Source of the DNA: Fonticula alba ATCC 38817
Taxonomy: Eukaryota > Protista > Nucleariida
Assembly: GCA_000388065.2 (NCBI GenBank)
Contig: KB932206.1
Direction: 5' to 3' (one strand)
DNA: 34,669 nucleotides
Position numbers and translations under genes: made by a program. Positions 1-13,207 of the stretch are shown piece after piece (position 1 is the first letter of the stretch; each line of letters opens with the position of its first letter). The notes under the pieces were generated by a model that ran no database searches, was not told the DNA's origin, and worked only from the letters and a program-made list of their open reading frames with translations.

Positions 1-693
1 CCCCCCGTATCATCGGAATTGGTACACCAGGACCAGGGTCGGGCGGGAGATCGGCCCACTGGGTGACGCGCAGGCACAGAGGCTCTCGCGCGGCCGCGCG
101 CCATGGCTGGCCACTGATGGCGGCTGGCGCGCATGCGTGGCCGCGCACCAGCGCGCGGGCGCTTCCCCCCTGCCGCCCTCTCGCCCCTGTGCCCACCGGC
201 CCGCGCGCCCGCATGCAGCCCCGGCTGGCCGCACTCGGGGCACGGCAGGCGGGTGGCTGATTTCATGCCCAGCCGGGGCCCGTGATGCCGGGACGAGAGG
301 TCGCCCTCCAGAACGCGAAATCAGGGCATGTGATCTGGAGCACACACCGCAGGAAATCGCGGGGCGGGCGGGCCGAGAGAAGCACGTCGATTCTGATGGA
401 GTCCCTTTTTGGACGGACATTTGTGTCCCACAAGTACCTGAGACACATTTGTCCAAACCCTAAGATCGGCCAGTAGCTCCCTACCAACGCCGTTGGCCCG
501 GTAGATACACCCAAACCCGCAGCCCGCCCGGGCTCGGGCGCCGGCATTTTCCCCATCTGTTGGCCGGGCCCCGATGACACATTTACCCTGACGCAGGCTT
601 GTCCAAGGGGGCGGGGGACTCCCCACCCTTCCTCCCAGGCACCACGTAAGCATCCGTGACCTGGGCTAATCTTATGCCCGGAGGGTGCGCGCT

Positions 694-711
694 CTTGGGC
701 TGCTTACTTCG

Positions 712-770
<59 letters not shown>

Positions 771-1030
771 CCCCCCGCCGGGGAAAGGGCGAGGGCCCGG
801 ATGCCCCTGCCGGGAAGCCCGGCAGGCCGCCAATCCCCCCCCCCCCCCACGCACATTGCCCGGATTGNNNNNNNNNNNNNNNNNNNNNNNNNNNNNNNNN
901 NNNNNNNNNNNNNNNNNNNNNNNNNNNNNNNNNNNNNNNNNNNNNNNNNNNNNNNNNNNNNNNNNNNNNNNNNNNNNNNNNNNNNNNNNNNNNNNNNNNN
1001 NNNNNNNCTTGGGCTGCTTACTTCGCCCCC
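694..1030. other. N-gap (868-1007) with duplicated flanks; probable misassembly
   Basis: CTTGGGCTGCTTACTTCG plus poly-C occurs at 694-711 and again right after the gap at 1008-1025. ACGCACATTGCCCGGATTG at 849-867, which follows poly-C, is identical to 3972-3990. Confidence 0.75.
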
Positions 1031-1195
1031 CCCCCCCCCCCCTCCCCCCTGGCCCCGTGCCCCCAGCAGACTCATGTTGGGTGTGTCTAGAAAAGTGTCT
1101 ATTCACCGTGTGGCCAGACGTGGGCGAGCGCGTTGGTATGTGTGTACGCGCGCGCGTGCGTGTGTGCAGACACATGAGCGGGGAGGCGGGGCACA

Positions 1196-1478
1196 TCACT
1201 GGCCGGCGGCCGGGGCGGCAACACCGATCGACTGGAGGATGGCCCCCACAGTGGTGGAGATGGCGGTCATGGTCCCCTCGCCGAGGGGGCCGTTGAGCGG
1301 GTCGGCGGGCTGGCCAGGCGCGGGCGCGGGCGCGGGCGCCGCCGCCGGGGCAAAGGGGTCACCCCCGCGCTCGAGCAGCCGGGTCAGCCTCGGATCCAGC
1401 GGCAGGCGGCCGAGGAAGGCACAACCAAGGGCGGCGGCTGTGCGCTCGGCCCCGCCCGTAGCAAAGACGGGCGTACAC

Positions 1479-1516
<38 letters not shown>

Positions 1517-2532
1517 ATGGTGGATGCCAGGCATGTTAGTATATGGGCTTCCCCGATGCCTGCCTCCTGTGGCATGAGGGTGCGGCTTTCGCGCGACGCG
1601 GGGAGGAGGGCCGACGGCCTGGCCATCGCCCGCCCGCCCGGAGGGCGAGAGGCCGCACGAAGACGCACCGAGCAGTGGGGACACGTGAAGACACTCATGT
1701 TCTCGATGACGCCGAGCACCGGGATCGACACAGTCCGGCAGAAGGAGATCTCCTTGCGCGCATCGTCCAGGGCCACCAGCTGCGGAGTAGAAACGATGAC
1801 CGCGCCGTCGATGTGGTACGGCCGGGCACCGGCCTCGGCCGCCTCCGGCGAGGCGGCCGTCAGCGCCTCCAGCACGGCCAGGTGCTCGTCCGAGGTCCCG
1901 GGCGGGGTGTCGATGATGAGGAAGTCCAGCGGACCCCAGGACACCTCGCTGAGGAACTGGTGGATCATGGCTGTCCGGCGTCGACGGGGGAAGGGAGGCG
2001 GGGGGGGGGGGAGATTAGGGGACGGGCGCGTCACCGAGGGAGGGCCCCAGCAGCAGGCGAGGCAAATGCAAAGCACTGGACACTGGCACGGCGCACCGGT
2101 CTTCTTCGGGCCGCGCCAGATGACCGGGTCATCGCGCCCGGGCAGGATGAAGCCGATCGACATGACCGACAGGCGCTGGGCCTCGTCCGCGAAGACGGGG
2201 ATCCAGCTGGCCAGCACGTGCGACGAGGGCGTGTGTGAGCGCGGGAGAGGAGAGCAGCAGGGGAAGAGAAAGAAGCAGCAAGATCTCGGCCCCTGCGACC
2301 GTGGGGGAACGCACCCGGCCGGCGAGCGCCGCACCGAGCTGGCCGTCAAGCCAAGCATGGTCGGGATGCTCGGGCCGCACAGGTCCACATCGAGCAGGCC
2401 CACGCGGAAGCCCTGGGCGGCCAGACACCGGGCAAGCAGCACCGAGGTGGAGCTCTTCCCGACGCCGCCCTTGCCCGACAGGACCAGGAGGGTGTGACGC
2501 GCGGGGGCGATCTTTGGGGTGGGGGCGGACAT
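1196..2532 (-). CDS. NUBP2: Cytosolic Fe-S cluster assembly factor NUBP2/Cfd1 (Mrp/NBP35 P-loop ATPase), ~304 aa; exons 2532-2315, 2206-2097, 1970-1669, 1480-1196
   Basis: Motifs SGKGGVGKS (deviant Walker A), [42 protein letters not shown] and CPHC. It lacks the N-terminal ferredoxin-like Cys motif of NUBP1/Nbp35. GT-AG introns give a continuous 915-nt frame ending in TGA. Confidence 0.93.
1483..1512. repeat. (GT)n/(CA)n microsatellite abutting the NUBP2 intron-3 acceptor
   Basis: About 15 GT units directly next to the CT at 1481-1482, which is the acceptor AG on the minus strand. Confidence 0.95.
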
Positions 2533-3519
2533 TCGGGCGACTGAAGGCTGAGAGGGGCGGAGGGGGGGGGGGGGGGGGGGCAGGAAAGCAGAGCAGAAAT
2601 GATGGGCTGGGGCGGCAGGAGAGGAAGGGGGGGGGACGCATTGGTCACACACGGCCTGCCGCCCGCCGGGGCTGCGCCGGCCCTTCAGAGTCCCCCCCTC
2701 CCCCCTGGCATGCTGTCCCGGTCCCTTGGCCCGGGCGCCGGGGGAGATCACAGACAGGGCCCGGGGCCCGATCCGCCCGCGCCCCGGCATGGCCCGCCAG
2801 CACGGCGCCGTATCATCAGAATGGCGTGGGGGAGGGAGGCGGGGCGATCGGCGAGTGCCAACGGAGGCCGCCGCCGGATGCGTCGGCAGTCGGGTAGTCG
2901 CCGCCGCCCCGCCGGCCCGCTAGATGCCGCGCTTGCGCGACTCGGCGGGGGCGGGGCCCCGCGCACGGGCCCCCGGGAGCGGGCCCTTTCGAGCGGGCGC
3001 CCTCCCGCCCGGGCGCGGCCGGCGACCAGGGACAGCAACGATCTCCCTACTCGCTTGCCCGTTGACTTGTCCATCCGCTCGCTTCCGCCCGCCGGCGCGC
3101 ACATACGCACGCACGCTCCCTCCCCCCCCCCCCCCCCCCTCCCGCACGCACACACGCGCACGCACGCACGCACGCACGCCCCACCCCCACCCACACCACA
3201 GCCTACTTTTGCCCTCCCTGCCGGGTCTGCCCCAGGCACGCACCCCCCCTCTCCCCTTTCTCTTCCTCTTGTGGCCGGTCGGCGCCGACCGGACTCCGAG
3301 CGCTCGCCCCCCTCCGCAAGACACCCACCATGCGGCGGAGCCTTCGCCGGGTTGTCAAGGTGCGAATGCGCGCACGCACGGCTGGCAGCCTTCTCGCCGC
3401 CTAACCCGCCCCCCCCCCCCGCGCGCGCGTGCGCCCCACCCGAATGTGGAATCGTGTGACAGGACGGCGCCGGGCCGGCCCCGGACCCGGGCCGAGTGCC
3501 CTCCCCCGCGCCGTCCCCC

Positions 3520-4748
3520 ATGTCGGCTGAGACCGATGCGCCGATTGTGCAGAAGCGTGTCACGGCGGCCGAGATCCGCAGCCGCTTTGACCAGACCCTC
3601 GCGCAGACCACCTCCCTGCTGCAGCGGGCCACGGCCGAGGGGTTCTCCTTCCCGGGCCTGGACTCGGGGGCTGCGGCACAGCTGTGGCCCGGTCCCGGCG
3701 AGGCCGCCGGGCCGGGTGAGGCCTTGGCCGATGAGGCCGCCCGCACCCTGGCCGGGTTTGTGCTGTTCCTGCGGGACTCCCTGACCAAGCAGAGCCAGGA
3801 CCATGTTGTCGCGGGGCTGCTGCAGCTGGCGCGCGACCTGCCGCAGGTGTTCCGCACGGCCGAGGTGCACCGCGCGCTGGTGGCCTGCTTTGACCCGCGC
3901 TACATGCTGCACATTGTGGTACCCACCGGCTCCCCCGGGCTGCCCCTTTTTGGCTGGATCCCCCCCCCCCCACGCACATTGCCCGGATTGTCTCTCTCTC
4001 TCGCCTCTCTTCTATCTGTCCTCCTCCTCAAGTTTTATGGTCTTCTTTATGGCCCCCCGCCCCCCTCCCGGCCGCCCTTTCTCCCGTCCTGCTCGGCCCT
4101 CGCCTTGTACTGACCGCCCTTCCCCTTGTCCTGATGACCCTGTCACGCGGCCCTGCGGCGCCCGGGCCGACGTAGGTCCGGCCCAATCCCTGGCTGGTGG
4201 TGTTGGTGGCGCAGGTGTTCCAGGCTGCCTGGGAGGACGCCCCTTCGGACTGGCCATTGGACTTCGTGGACATCGTGGTGGCCGATCTGCTCGGGGACCG
4301 GGTGTGGACCGACCTGCCCGGGGCGCAGCGCTTCCTGGCCGAGGTGGCCACTGCCTTCCTGCTGCCGAGCGACCCTCAGGCTGGCGTTCCCACCGCGACG
4401 GACCTCGGTGCGGCCACCTACAATTGGGTGGTGGCCCCGGCGGCCGGGCGGTACACCAGCCCGGCGGCCTCGGCCGCCGTGCATGCACACCTGCAGCACA
4501 CCCTGCCGGGGGCCTTGCGGCAGCTCTTCCCGCCGGAGGCGCCGGCTGACCCCCGGACCGGGGCCGTGGCCGGGGCCGGGGCACGCCCCGACGCCCCGCA
4601 GCATGGGAATGTCGTGCGGCTGGCGGCCCTGTGCACGCGGTATCCCGACATCCAGGCGGCCCTTATTCCGTATTTGGCCATGGCCGCCGGCCGGCGGGTG
4701 TGTCATCCCCCCTTGCGGGAGCTTTTCGCCCGGCTGACGGAGACCTTC

Positions 4749-4782
<34 letters not shown>

Positions 4783-7700
4783 CAATGGCCACGCCGGCCG
4801 GCGGCCAGGAGCCCGGTGCCGGGCCGGTGGGCGAGCTCTTCCATGCGCTGGCCACCCTGCGCTGCCCGCCGGCCCTGGTGCCGGCCCAGGTGGACGCGGT
4901 TCAGCGTGTGATCAGCCGGGACCCCGCCTCCGCACGGCGGCTGGTGGAGCTCCTCTTTGGCGAGCTGTTCCTGCTGCAGGGAACGGGCGAGGCGGCGGCG
5001 GCGGCGGCGGCAAGTGGCCCGGTGCCGGTCGGCGGCGGGCCCGCCCTGTCTCCCATGTCGCCGTCGACCACGGCGCCGGACCACCTGCTGTCCATGCTGC
5101 ATTTGGCTTTCGGGCATGCCGGCTGCGCGGGCTCCTTCGGGGCCCTGCTGCAACGGGCCATCCTCCACCGCCCGGGGGATTTGGCCGACGGCTGGCCGGA
5201 GCGCTTCCGCCAGGTGGTGGACTTCCTGCCCGGGTCGTATCCCCCGCAGGCGGCCCAGTTGGGGGCCCTGGAGGGGGCCTTCCTCCAGGGGGCCCTGCAT
5301 GTGGCCGACATCGCCGAGGGGCTGTTCCACTGCCCGGAGGCGACTTTCTCCGGGGGGACTTGCGCCCTGTCGACCGTCATCCCCATCCTCTTGCGCTTGT
5401 TCACCATGGGCCTGGCGCGCCTGCTGGGCCCGGTGTCCGAGCGGGCGGCCGAGCTCTTCCGCCAGCAGGTTCCCGCGTTGCCGGTCACGCATAGCCTGCC
5501 CCCGGTGCCGGCCGGCATGCGGGCCGACATGCTGGCCCGAGCGGCTGGCTTGTCCCTCCGAGCGCTCGGCCTCATTGTCGGGCTGCTGAACCGGGGCTTT
5601 GTCGGCCTCGAAGCCGGTGCCGGTGCCGGTGCCGGTGTCGACGCCGGCGCCAGTGCCAGCACCGGCGCCGGGCCGGCGAACACGTATTTGCGCCTGCGGG
5701 TCGGGGCCGCCGAGGGCCCCGCCACCGCCGCCAATGCCACCCCGGGCGAGGAGAAGATCCCCGCGCGGGCGGCATTCGACTGGCTGCGCACGGTCCTGGC
5801 CCCGGAATGGCTGTCTGGCAGCCTGTTGGCCGAGGTGTCAGTCGACGAGCGCGTCTTCGTGGTGTTGCTGGACTCGCCCTTGTGCGCGTCGGCCCTGATG
5901 CTGGATCTGCTGGAGGAGCTGGCGGTGCGGGTGTTGCTGCGGCGCGGCGCGGCATCGGCCGGCGAGCTCCCGCGCCTGGCTCCGGCCGGGGAGGGCCCGG
6001 TTGGCAGCCCGGTTGGCCGGTTTGCCGAGTACCGGCGCCGGGTGAGCCCGCTGGACTTGACCCTCCAGCCGGGGCAGATCTCCACGCTGCTGGGCTGCGG
6101 CCTACCGGGGGCGGCCTCCGCGCGGCAGACCACCTGGCCGGCCTTGCGGGTGGTCCTTCTGCTGGCCTCGCTGAGCCCCCTGGCGGCGGGCCCGGCACTT
6201 TGGGAGCTGCCCCTGGTCCGGCGACTGTTGGGGGACCTGCTGTCCGGGCGCCTGCGCCAGCAGCTGGACGCGTACACCCACTCGGCGGCCGGGGAGCAGG
6301 TGGCCGACCTGGATGCCGAGGGCCTTCCCCTGTCCGAGGCGCAGCGTCGATCCTTGAAGCGCTCGCGTCGGCTCCTGGCCTCGGAGCTGGCCGCCGACGC
6401 GGCGGCGGTCAGCGTGTCGGTCCCGGCCACCGGGCCGATTGGCCCGCCGCTGGCCATGCTCCTGAGTCCGGTTGACTTGGACGCCGCCGGGGCCGGGGCC
6501 TCGCCTGTCCCCGCGCCGGAGGCCGAGCGCCTGCTCGATCCGCGACTGGCCCTCGGTGCGCGGCTGGCCGCGTCGCCGTGGCTCTGTGGCCAGATCCTGC
6601 GCGCGTCCCTCGGGGAGGATCTGCGCCTGCCGCCGGCCGACCAGCTACACTGGCTCCTGGCAGCCCCGGGCGCTCTGCTGTCGGCGGGGCTGCTCCTGGC
6701 GCCTGGCACTGGCGAGGGGCCTGCCCGCCTGTCGGCCGACCTGGCTGTGGAGGTCCTCTCGTCGGAGCACTCCAGCCAGCTGGCCCTTTGGGCGGACGTC
6801 CCTCTGGCCGGGGCCACCCTCATCGCTGCCGCCCAGCATGTGCGTTTGCCTCGTGCTCGCTTCTTCCGCTTGTCATTCATTCCGGCTCCCCTCCTGTTCT
6901 CGCTGTTCTCCCTCTTGCCCCCTCCCCCCTCTCCGCGCGCGCCCTCTCTCGCTCTCTCTCTCTCTCTCTCTCATGCTCGTCCCTTCGCCTGGCTTCTGAC
7001 CCGCTTGCCTTCCCCGGTGCTGGTCATATTGGCACGGGCTCTGGTCGTGGGCCTCCCTTCTCGACACAGAATATCACCGCCTGCGTGGGGCCCGTGTCGC
7101 GGCTGTGCTCGGACATCGCGCACTCACCGGTTCCCGGCCGCGCGCAGTCGGCCCTACTGCTGGTGCGGCTGCTGTTCCACCTACTGGCCACGCCGTCATC
7201 CGCCTGCCGGACGGGCATCTACCGGGTCCTGTGTCTGGCCCGCGAGGCTGTGCTGCCTGGACTCCAGGCCTCCGGTGCGCCGCCCGAGTGGGCCGGGCTC
7301 GACGATGCATTGGCCGGCTACCTGAGCCGGCCGGGCCGCTTTGCCGACGTTTCCTCGGCACTGGCCAACGTGTGCTCTTCCGATCTTGGCCACGCCGTCA
7401 TCCGCCTGCCGGACGGGCATCTACCGGGTCCTGTGTCTGGCCCGCGAGGCTGTGCTGCCTGGACTCCAGGCCTCCGGTGCGCCGCCCGAGTGGGCCGGGC
7501 TCGACGATGCATTGGCCGGCTACCTGAGCCGGCCGGGCCGCTTTGCCGACGTTTCCTCGGCACTGGCCACCCTGCGTGAGGCCATCCGGGCCCCGGGGTC
7601 CGGCTTCGCCGAGGACCAGGTCCCCCTGGAGGGGCCGGTGTTGGTGGGGCTGCTGGGGCGGCTTTTGGCGGACGAGCCACTGGCCCCGCTGCTGCTGGCC

Positions 7701-10700
7701 GCGTTGCCGGGCGAAAGCGGTGTTCTGTTGGCCCGGTCGCTGCTGCGGTCATTGTTGCCGGCCGCTCGGCGGACCCCGGCGACATGGGCCTCGGCCGCGG
7801 TCCGCACGCTGGCCACCATGCAGCAGGAGATCGGAAGAGCGTCGTGTGCTGGGGCGGCTTTTGGCGGACGAGCCACTGGCCCCGCTGCTGCTGGCCGCGT
7901 TGCCGGGCGAAAGCGGTGTTCTGTTGGCCCGGTCGCTGCTGCGGTCATTGTTGCCGGCCGCTCGGCGGACCCCGGCGACATGGGCCTCGGCCGCGGTCCG
8001 CACGCTGGCCACCATGCAGCAGGCCCGGCCGCTCTTCCTTCGGGCCTTGCTGGCCGAGGCGCCGGCCGTGGCTTCGCTCGGGTGCGATGCCCACCTCCGG
8101 CCGATGGCCGACCCGGGGCCGGATTTCGGCGAAGCCCTGCTCGAGCTGCTGAGTCTGGCACGCACCCATGAGCCGGGTCTGCCCGGCGAGCCGGCCGTGC
8201 GGGGGCTCCTGCATGGGGTCTTCTGCTCGCCGGTGGCCACGATCCCCGGGGCCTCGGGGAGCGGTATCTTTGGGGACATTTCGCCGGAGATCCTGCTGGC
8301 CTCCTGGCTGGATGTCCCGTCGGTGGGCGGGTGCCCGGGGCTGCCGGTTGGCCAGGCGGCGGTGGCCCTGCTGGAGGGGCTGGTCGGTGCCAGCCCGGCT
8401 CCGGAAGCCAAGCTGGCCCCCCTGGCGGGGGTATTGCGTTCGGCCGCTGCCGGGTCCTCGGGCCAGCACATCCTGGCCCGCCTGGGGTCCCTGGGCCCGG
8501 GGTTCTTGGCTTGGGCGACCGGGGCGCTGGGCGGGACGCCTGGGTCTGTGGCCTCGGTTCCGGAGCGGCCGCGTGCCGTGGGCCGGTGGACCGGCGGCAT
8601 GCTGACCGTGGCAGCCCCGCACAAGACCCCCTCGGCCCCGAGGGTGGCCCTGGACTTTGAGCAGCAGCCCGGCCTGCTGGACTCGCTGCTGGCGTCGCTG
8701 GCCACGCGGACCGGGCCGGCCGTCGCTGTGTCGGTGCCGGGCCGCGAGGAGCCCTTCCGGGCCGAGCCGGCCGCGGCCGCCCGCTGGGCCGAGAGCTTCC
8801 CCCCGACATCGGAGGACATCAGCACATCGGTCGATCTGGGGGCCAACCAATTGGCCACCTTACAGTCCGGGGCCAAGCCCAATGCGGTGTCCGGTGCCCC
8901 GGAAGACGAGGTCGACCCGGCTGTGGCGGCCCATTCGCCGTTCGACTCGCGGCTGACCGGCGTCGCGCTGGGCCGCTTCCTGTCGTATGCCGGGGCCGGG
9001 GTGACGCGGTCGGCCGCCGACGCGGTTCTCCTTCTTGGGCGCTTGCTGTCAGGGGAACTGTACTTGCAGGTGCCCCACTTGGCCCCATCCCTGGTGGCAA
9101 CCATCTGGCAGGCATCCCGGCTGGGGGAGGTTTCCTTGGAATTGATCGACCTGCCGGGGTTCTACCTGCACGCACGCGACATGCTGTATGCCCCGTGGAA
9201 CAGGCGCTTCTATGTGGAAGAGCGCCTTCCCCCGCCCGGGGTCCTTCTGCAGGGTCTGCTGTCGGCATTGGCTGGCTGGTCGGCCGGGCGCGTGCGCCGG
9301 CTGCTGGCCGCCACGGTGGTCCGGTCGCCGGACCCCGGGCCCGGGGGGCATCTGTCCGTTTGGCTGGTCCGCCTAGCGGACTTGCTCCTGTGGTCTCTGG
9401 TGCTGGAGTACTCGCAGCCGTCGGCCCTGCATGCGGCCGGCGAGCGGCCGGCCCCGACGTCGCTGACATTGTCCTGTCGCGAGGCGGCGCGGCAGCTGGC
9501 CGAAGTGCTGGCCCTCCTGCCGCTGGCCGACCCGGCGGCCGGCTGGGTGGCCGCTCCGTCGACGACGGCTCGGTCTCCGGGTCGTGCGCGTGCCGACCTC
9601 TTCCAGGCCGGGGTGCAGCTGGTCATCGGGTATTTGGAGAGCCTGCGCCAGGCGCTGTGCATTTCCGGGCCGATGCTCTTCGCCTGGGACCTGACCATGA
9701 CCTCGGCCACGCCGAGGGCTCCCTGGGCGACGGAGAAGCAGCAGCAGCAGCGGCGGCAACTCGCCGACGGGGAGGGCGACGCCTCCCGGCGGGTCATCAG
9801 CCTTGGCGGGGCGCCGCCCGGGACGGCCGGCCTGCTGGAGGAGTCGTTGCAGCGCCTGCAGCGCATCAACCAGACGGTCCATGGCCCGTCCATGGTTTTC
9901 AGCTTGCAACTGCTGGACCGGCTGCTGGCGGAGATCGGGGCGTTGGGCTTCCCGCGCGCGGCGCCGGCCTCCTTCCGCATGGGCCTGGCGCCCTTCTCCT
10001 CGACGGCACTGCACCATGATTCGGCTCTCTCGACCCTGGCACACATCCTGGTCCAGAGTGCCACCTCCTTCAGCACCGAGCATGATGTCCTGGCGGCCGG
10101 TGTGGCCGGGTCGCCGGGCACCCCCGGAGGGGCTGGCTCCGAGCAGCAGGCCTGGGACCGGTCGCTCCGGGCGCTGGCCCTGCTGGCGGCCTTCGCCACG
10201 CACAGCCCGCTGCCGGTGATCCGGGCGCTGGCCGATGCCAGTGCCATTTTGGGGTCCATCGATGACGAGCTCTTGACATCGGCCACGTCGGCTGCGTCGC
10301 TGGTCGGGCCGGCCCTGGCCACGGGGGCCTCCTCCGGGCCCGGAGCGACCTCCGGCCCCGGGGGAGCCACCGGGGCCGATGGCCGGAAGGCCGACGTCCC
10401 GGGGACCAGTGAGCTCGGCACCGCCGGGCGCACCCAGGCCCTGCAGCTGCTGAGCATTGTCCGGCTCTTTGTGTCGGTGGTGCTGCGCTTCGGGCGCGGG
10501 GCCATTCGCGAGCGCTTCGACGACATCCTGGCCTCGATGGACAGCATCCTGGTTCGTTGCTTCCGGCCCTTCCCCGGGCTGATTGCCCGACTGCGGTCGC
10601 TGCTGGATGAGCCGCCCCACGAGGCCGGGCATCAGCGTCTGGTGGAGATCACAACCTACATTACGCGCCTGTCGCAGCTGCTGTACGAGTATGGGCGAGC

Positions 10701-13136
10701 GGTGTCGCACTCGGGCAGCGCCGAGCAGCTCGGTGTCAATCGCCTGCAGGGCATCCTGGTTCGGGCTTTCAGCCTGAATGAGGATGTCGTCGCGTCGGGC
10801 TCCGGCTCCGGGGCCGGGGGCGGGGTGGCCACGCTGAAGGCGCGCGCCTATGGGCCTGCGGCCTACCGGACCGCGCACTATTCCCTCTGGGGCCCCTCGC
10901 AGACCCCCTCGCTGATGAGCCGGCATGCGTGGCAGCGGTGGCTTGTCCGGAGCCGAGTGATGCCGGTGCTCGGGCGCCAACGTCGTGAGGCCGTGCGCCG
11001 GCTGATTGCCGTGTCCTCCGGGCGACGGACCACCGAGCTGGGGGCCCGGTCGCGGGGTTCCTTGCTGGTGGCCGCCCGGCGTCACTCGCCCTGGCGCTCG
11101 GCGTCTGGGACTTTGTCCGCCCAGCATGGCGGAGACGTCGACCGGTCCCGCGGTGCTCTGGATGAGGAGGACCACCAGGACGAGGGCTCGACGCTGGAGG
11201 ACAGCGAGGCGGGCGGCCTTTCCGAGGCCGAGGCCGAGGCCGAGGCCGGTCTCACGGCCGAGGAGACGGGCTCCGACTCGGGGTCCGGAGGTGACTCCGA
11301 CTCGGGGTCTGATTCCGAGCCAGAGGAGGAGCCCGCCAAGCCCGCCTCCGAGGCGACCCCCGGCGTGGAGGGTGACTCCTCGGACGGGTCCGAGGCGTCG
11401 GACGATTCGTCCGATTCCTCCACATCAAGTGGCGAGGAGGAAACCGACGCCAAGGAAGCCGCTGCCGGATCCGGCAGTGATGCCTCCTCCGGGGATGATG
11501 AGGATTCCGATGACGGCATGGACACCGAGGATGATGCTCTGCCGAGTGATGCGCCGCCTGGCGACGCACCGATGGCCGACGCCGGTCAGGATTCCCCGCT
11601 GCCGGAGGGCAGGGCCCTCGCCGACTCGGAGTCTGCCACGACCGCCAGCACGGCAGCCGGGACCGCCGTTCCCGAGGTCGACGCCGCCGGAACCGGCGGA
11701 GCCGCCGATGCCGACGCCACCGCCATTCCCGCGAGCCCCGACGTTCCTGCCGCAGCCCCGGAGCCTGCCGCAGCCCCGGAGCCTGCCTCCCCCAGTGTCA
11801 AGCATCGTCCCGGCCGTCATGCGCTGAAGCAGCCCGAGGGCGCTGCACGCTCGGGGGCCGACCGTCGCGATGAGGGCTCTGACCGCCGTGAAGCGCGGCT
11901 CTTCGGCCCGGATGGACGGCCCACCAAGGCCGGGCGGCGCTCTGGCGATGTGTCATCTCCCGGGGAAAGGCGCTTCCCACGGCGCGAGCGCGATCGTGAG
12001 CGCGACCGCGACCGTGACCGGGAGCGCGACCGCGACCGGGAGCGCGACCGCGACCGCGGCAAGCATGCCCCCCGGGGAGTCAACTGCTCGGACCATCAGT
12101 TCGAGCTGGAGGAGCACCAGCAGGCCACGGAGAAGGCGGCCTCCCAGCTGGCGGATCTGGCCACCCTTCTGCCGCATGTCCAGCCGCTGGCCGGCCTGTG
12201 CGCCTTCCTGGGCTTGGCCCCGGGCAGGCTGGATGCCGGCCCGATGGCGGCCTCCCTGCGCCCGTCCACCCCGTTGGAGTTCGAGGTGGCGACCATCTTC
12301 GCCGGGCTGGCCGAGGAGCCCGGGCGGATGGCCGGGCTGGCGGCGTCGCTCGGCTCGCCGGCTCCCACGTCCGAGCATCCCGCCCCGCCGGAGACCCTGA
12401 GCCATGACTGCCTGCATCGCTTTTACCAGGTGGCCAATGCGGCGTTCGTACGGCCGGTCGGCGGCCCGGGGGCCGGTCCGCCGCGACTGACCGACAACCC
12501 GCGCGCGCGTCTGGCCGCCGTGGCCATGTTGCTGACCATGCTCGGGCGGACCTTCGGCCGGGTGAGCCCTGGCCGGCTGGCGCGTGTGCTGGCCGACGCG
12601 CCGGAGGCCCTGCTCGCGGAGGAGGCCCGTCCCGCTGGGCGCGATCTGGCCGACCTGGACAAGGTCCTTCTGTTCTGCTGCATGGCCCTGGTGCCGGAGG
12701 GCCAGGTCCATGGGTATCTGCCGCTGCGGGGAACGCCGCCGGCCGTGGGGGCGCCGGCCGCGCCGGTCTCCGACGTGGCCCTTGCCCAGACGGCCTGGCG
12801 GCTGCCCCTGTTGGTGGCCATCTCCGAGACGGATGGCGTCCTGAGCATGGCCGAGACGTGCCGGGTGCTGGCCGGCCCGGTCCTTGCGCTGATGCCCTTC
12901 GTCGCGCGGCTTTTCCTCGGCACCACCCTGGCCGGCCCGGGCCCCGACTCGCCGGAGTACATGCATCACTCCATCTCCAAATCCTACTGGGCGCTGCTGG
13001 CCCGGCTGTGCCTGTGTGGCTTCTCGGCGTACGCCGTCCCCCCTGGGCGCTTGCCTTCCCCCGCCCTCCGCCCCTTTCCCTCTCGGTGTCCTCGCCCACG
13101 TGTACATGCTCCCTGACTGACCGGCCGTGCCTCCTT

Positions 13137-13207
<71 letters not shown>

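Noticed and set aside
656-1577. Poly-Pro or poly-Gly ORFs
   Set aside because: Produced by poly-C homopolymers and the N-gap in a probably misassembled segment.
2533-3519. Head-to-head NUBP2/INTS1 intergenic region as a special bidirectional promoter
   Set aside because: Divergent housekeeping pairs are common in compact genomes, and no distinctive motif was found.
7185-8023. Repeat-spacer-repeat structures suggesting a CRISPR-like array, mobile element or programmed frameshift
   Set aside because: The spacers are exact Illumina adapter sequences, and removing the inserts restores a normal reading frame.
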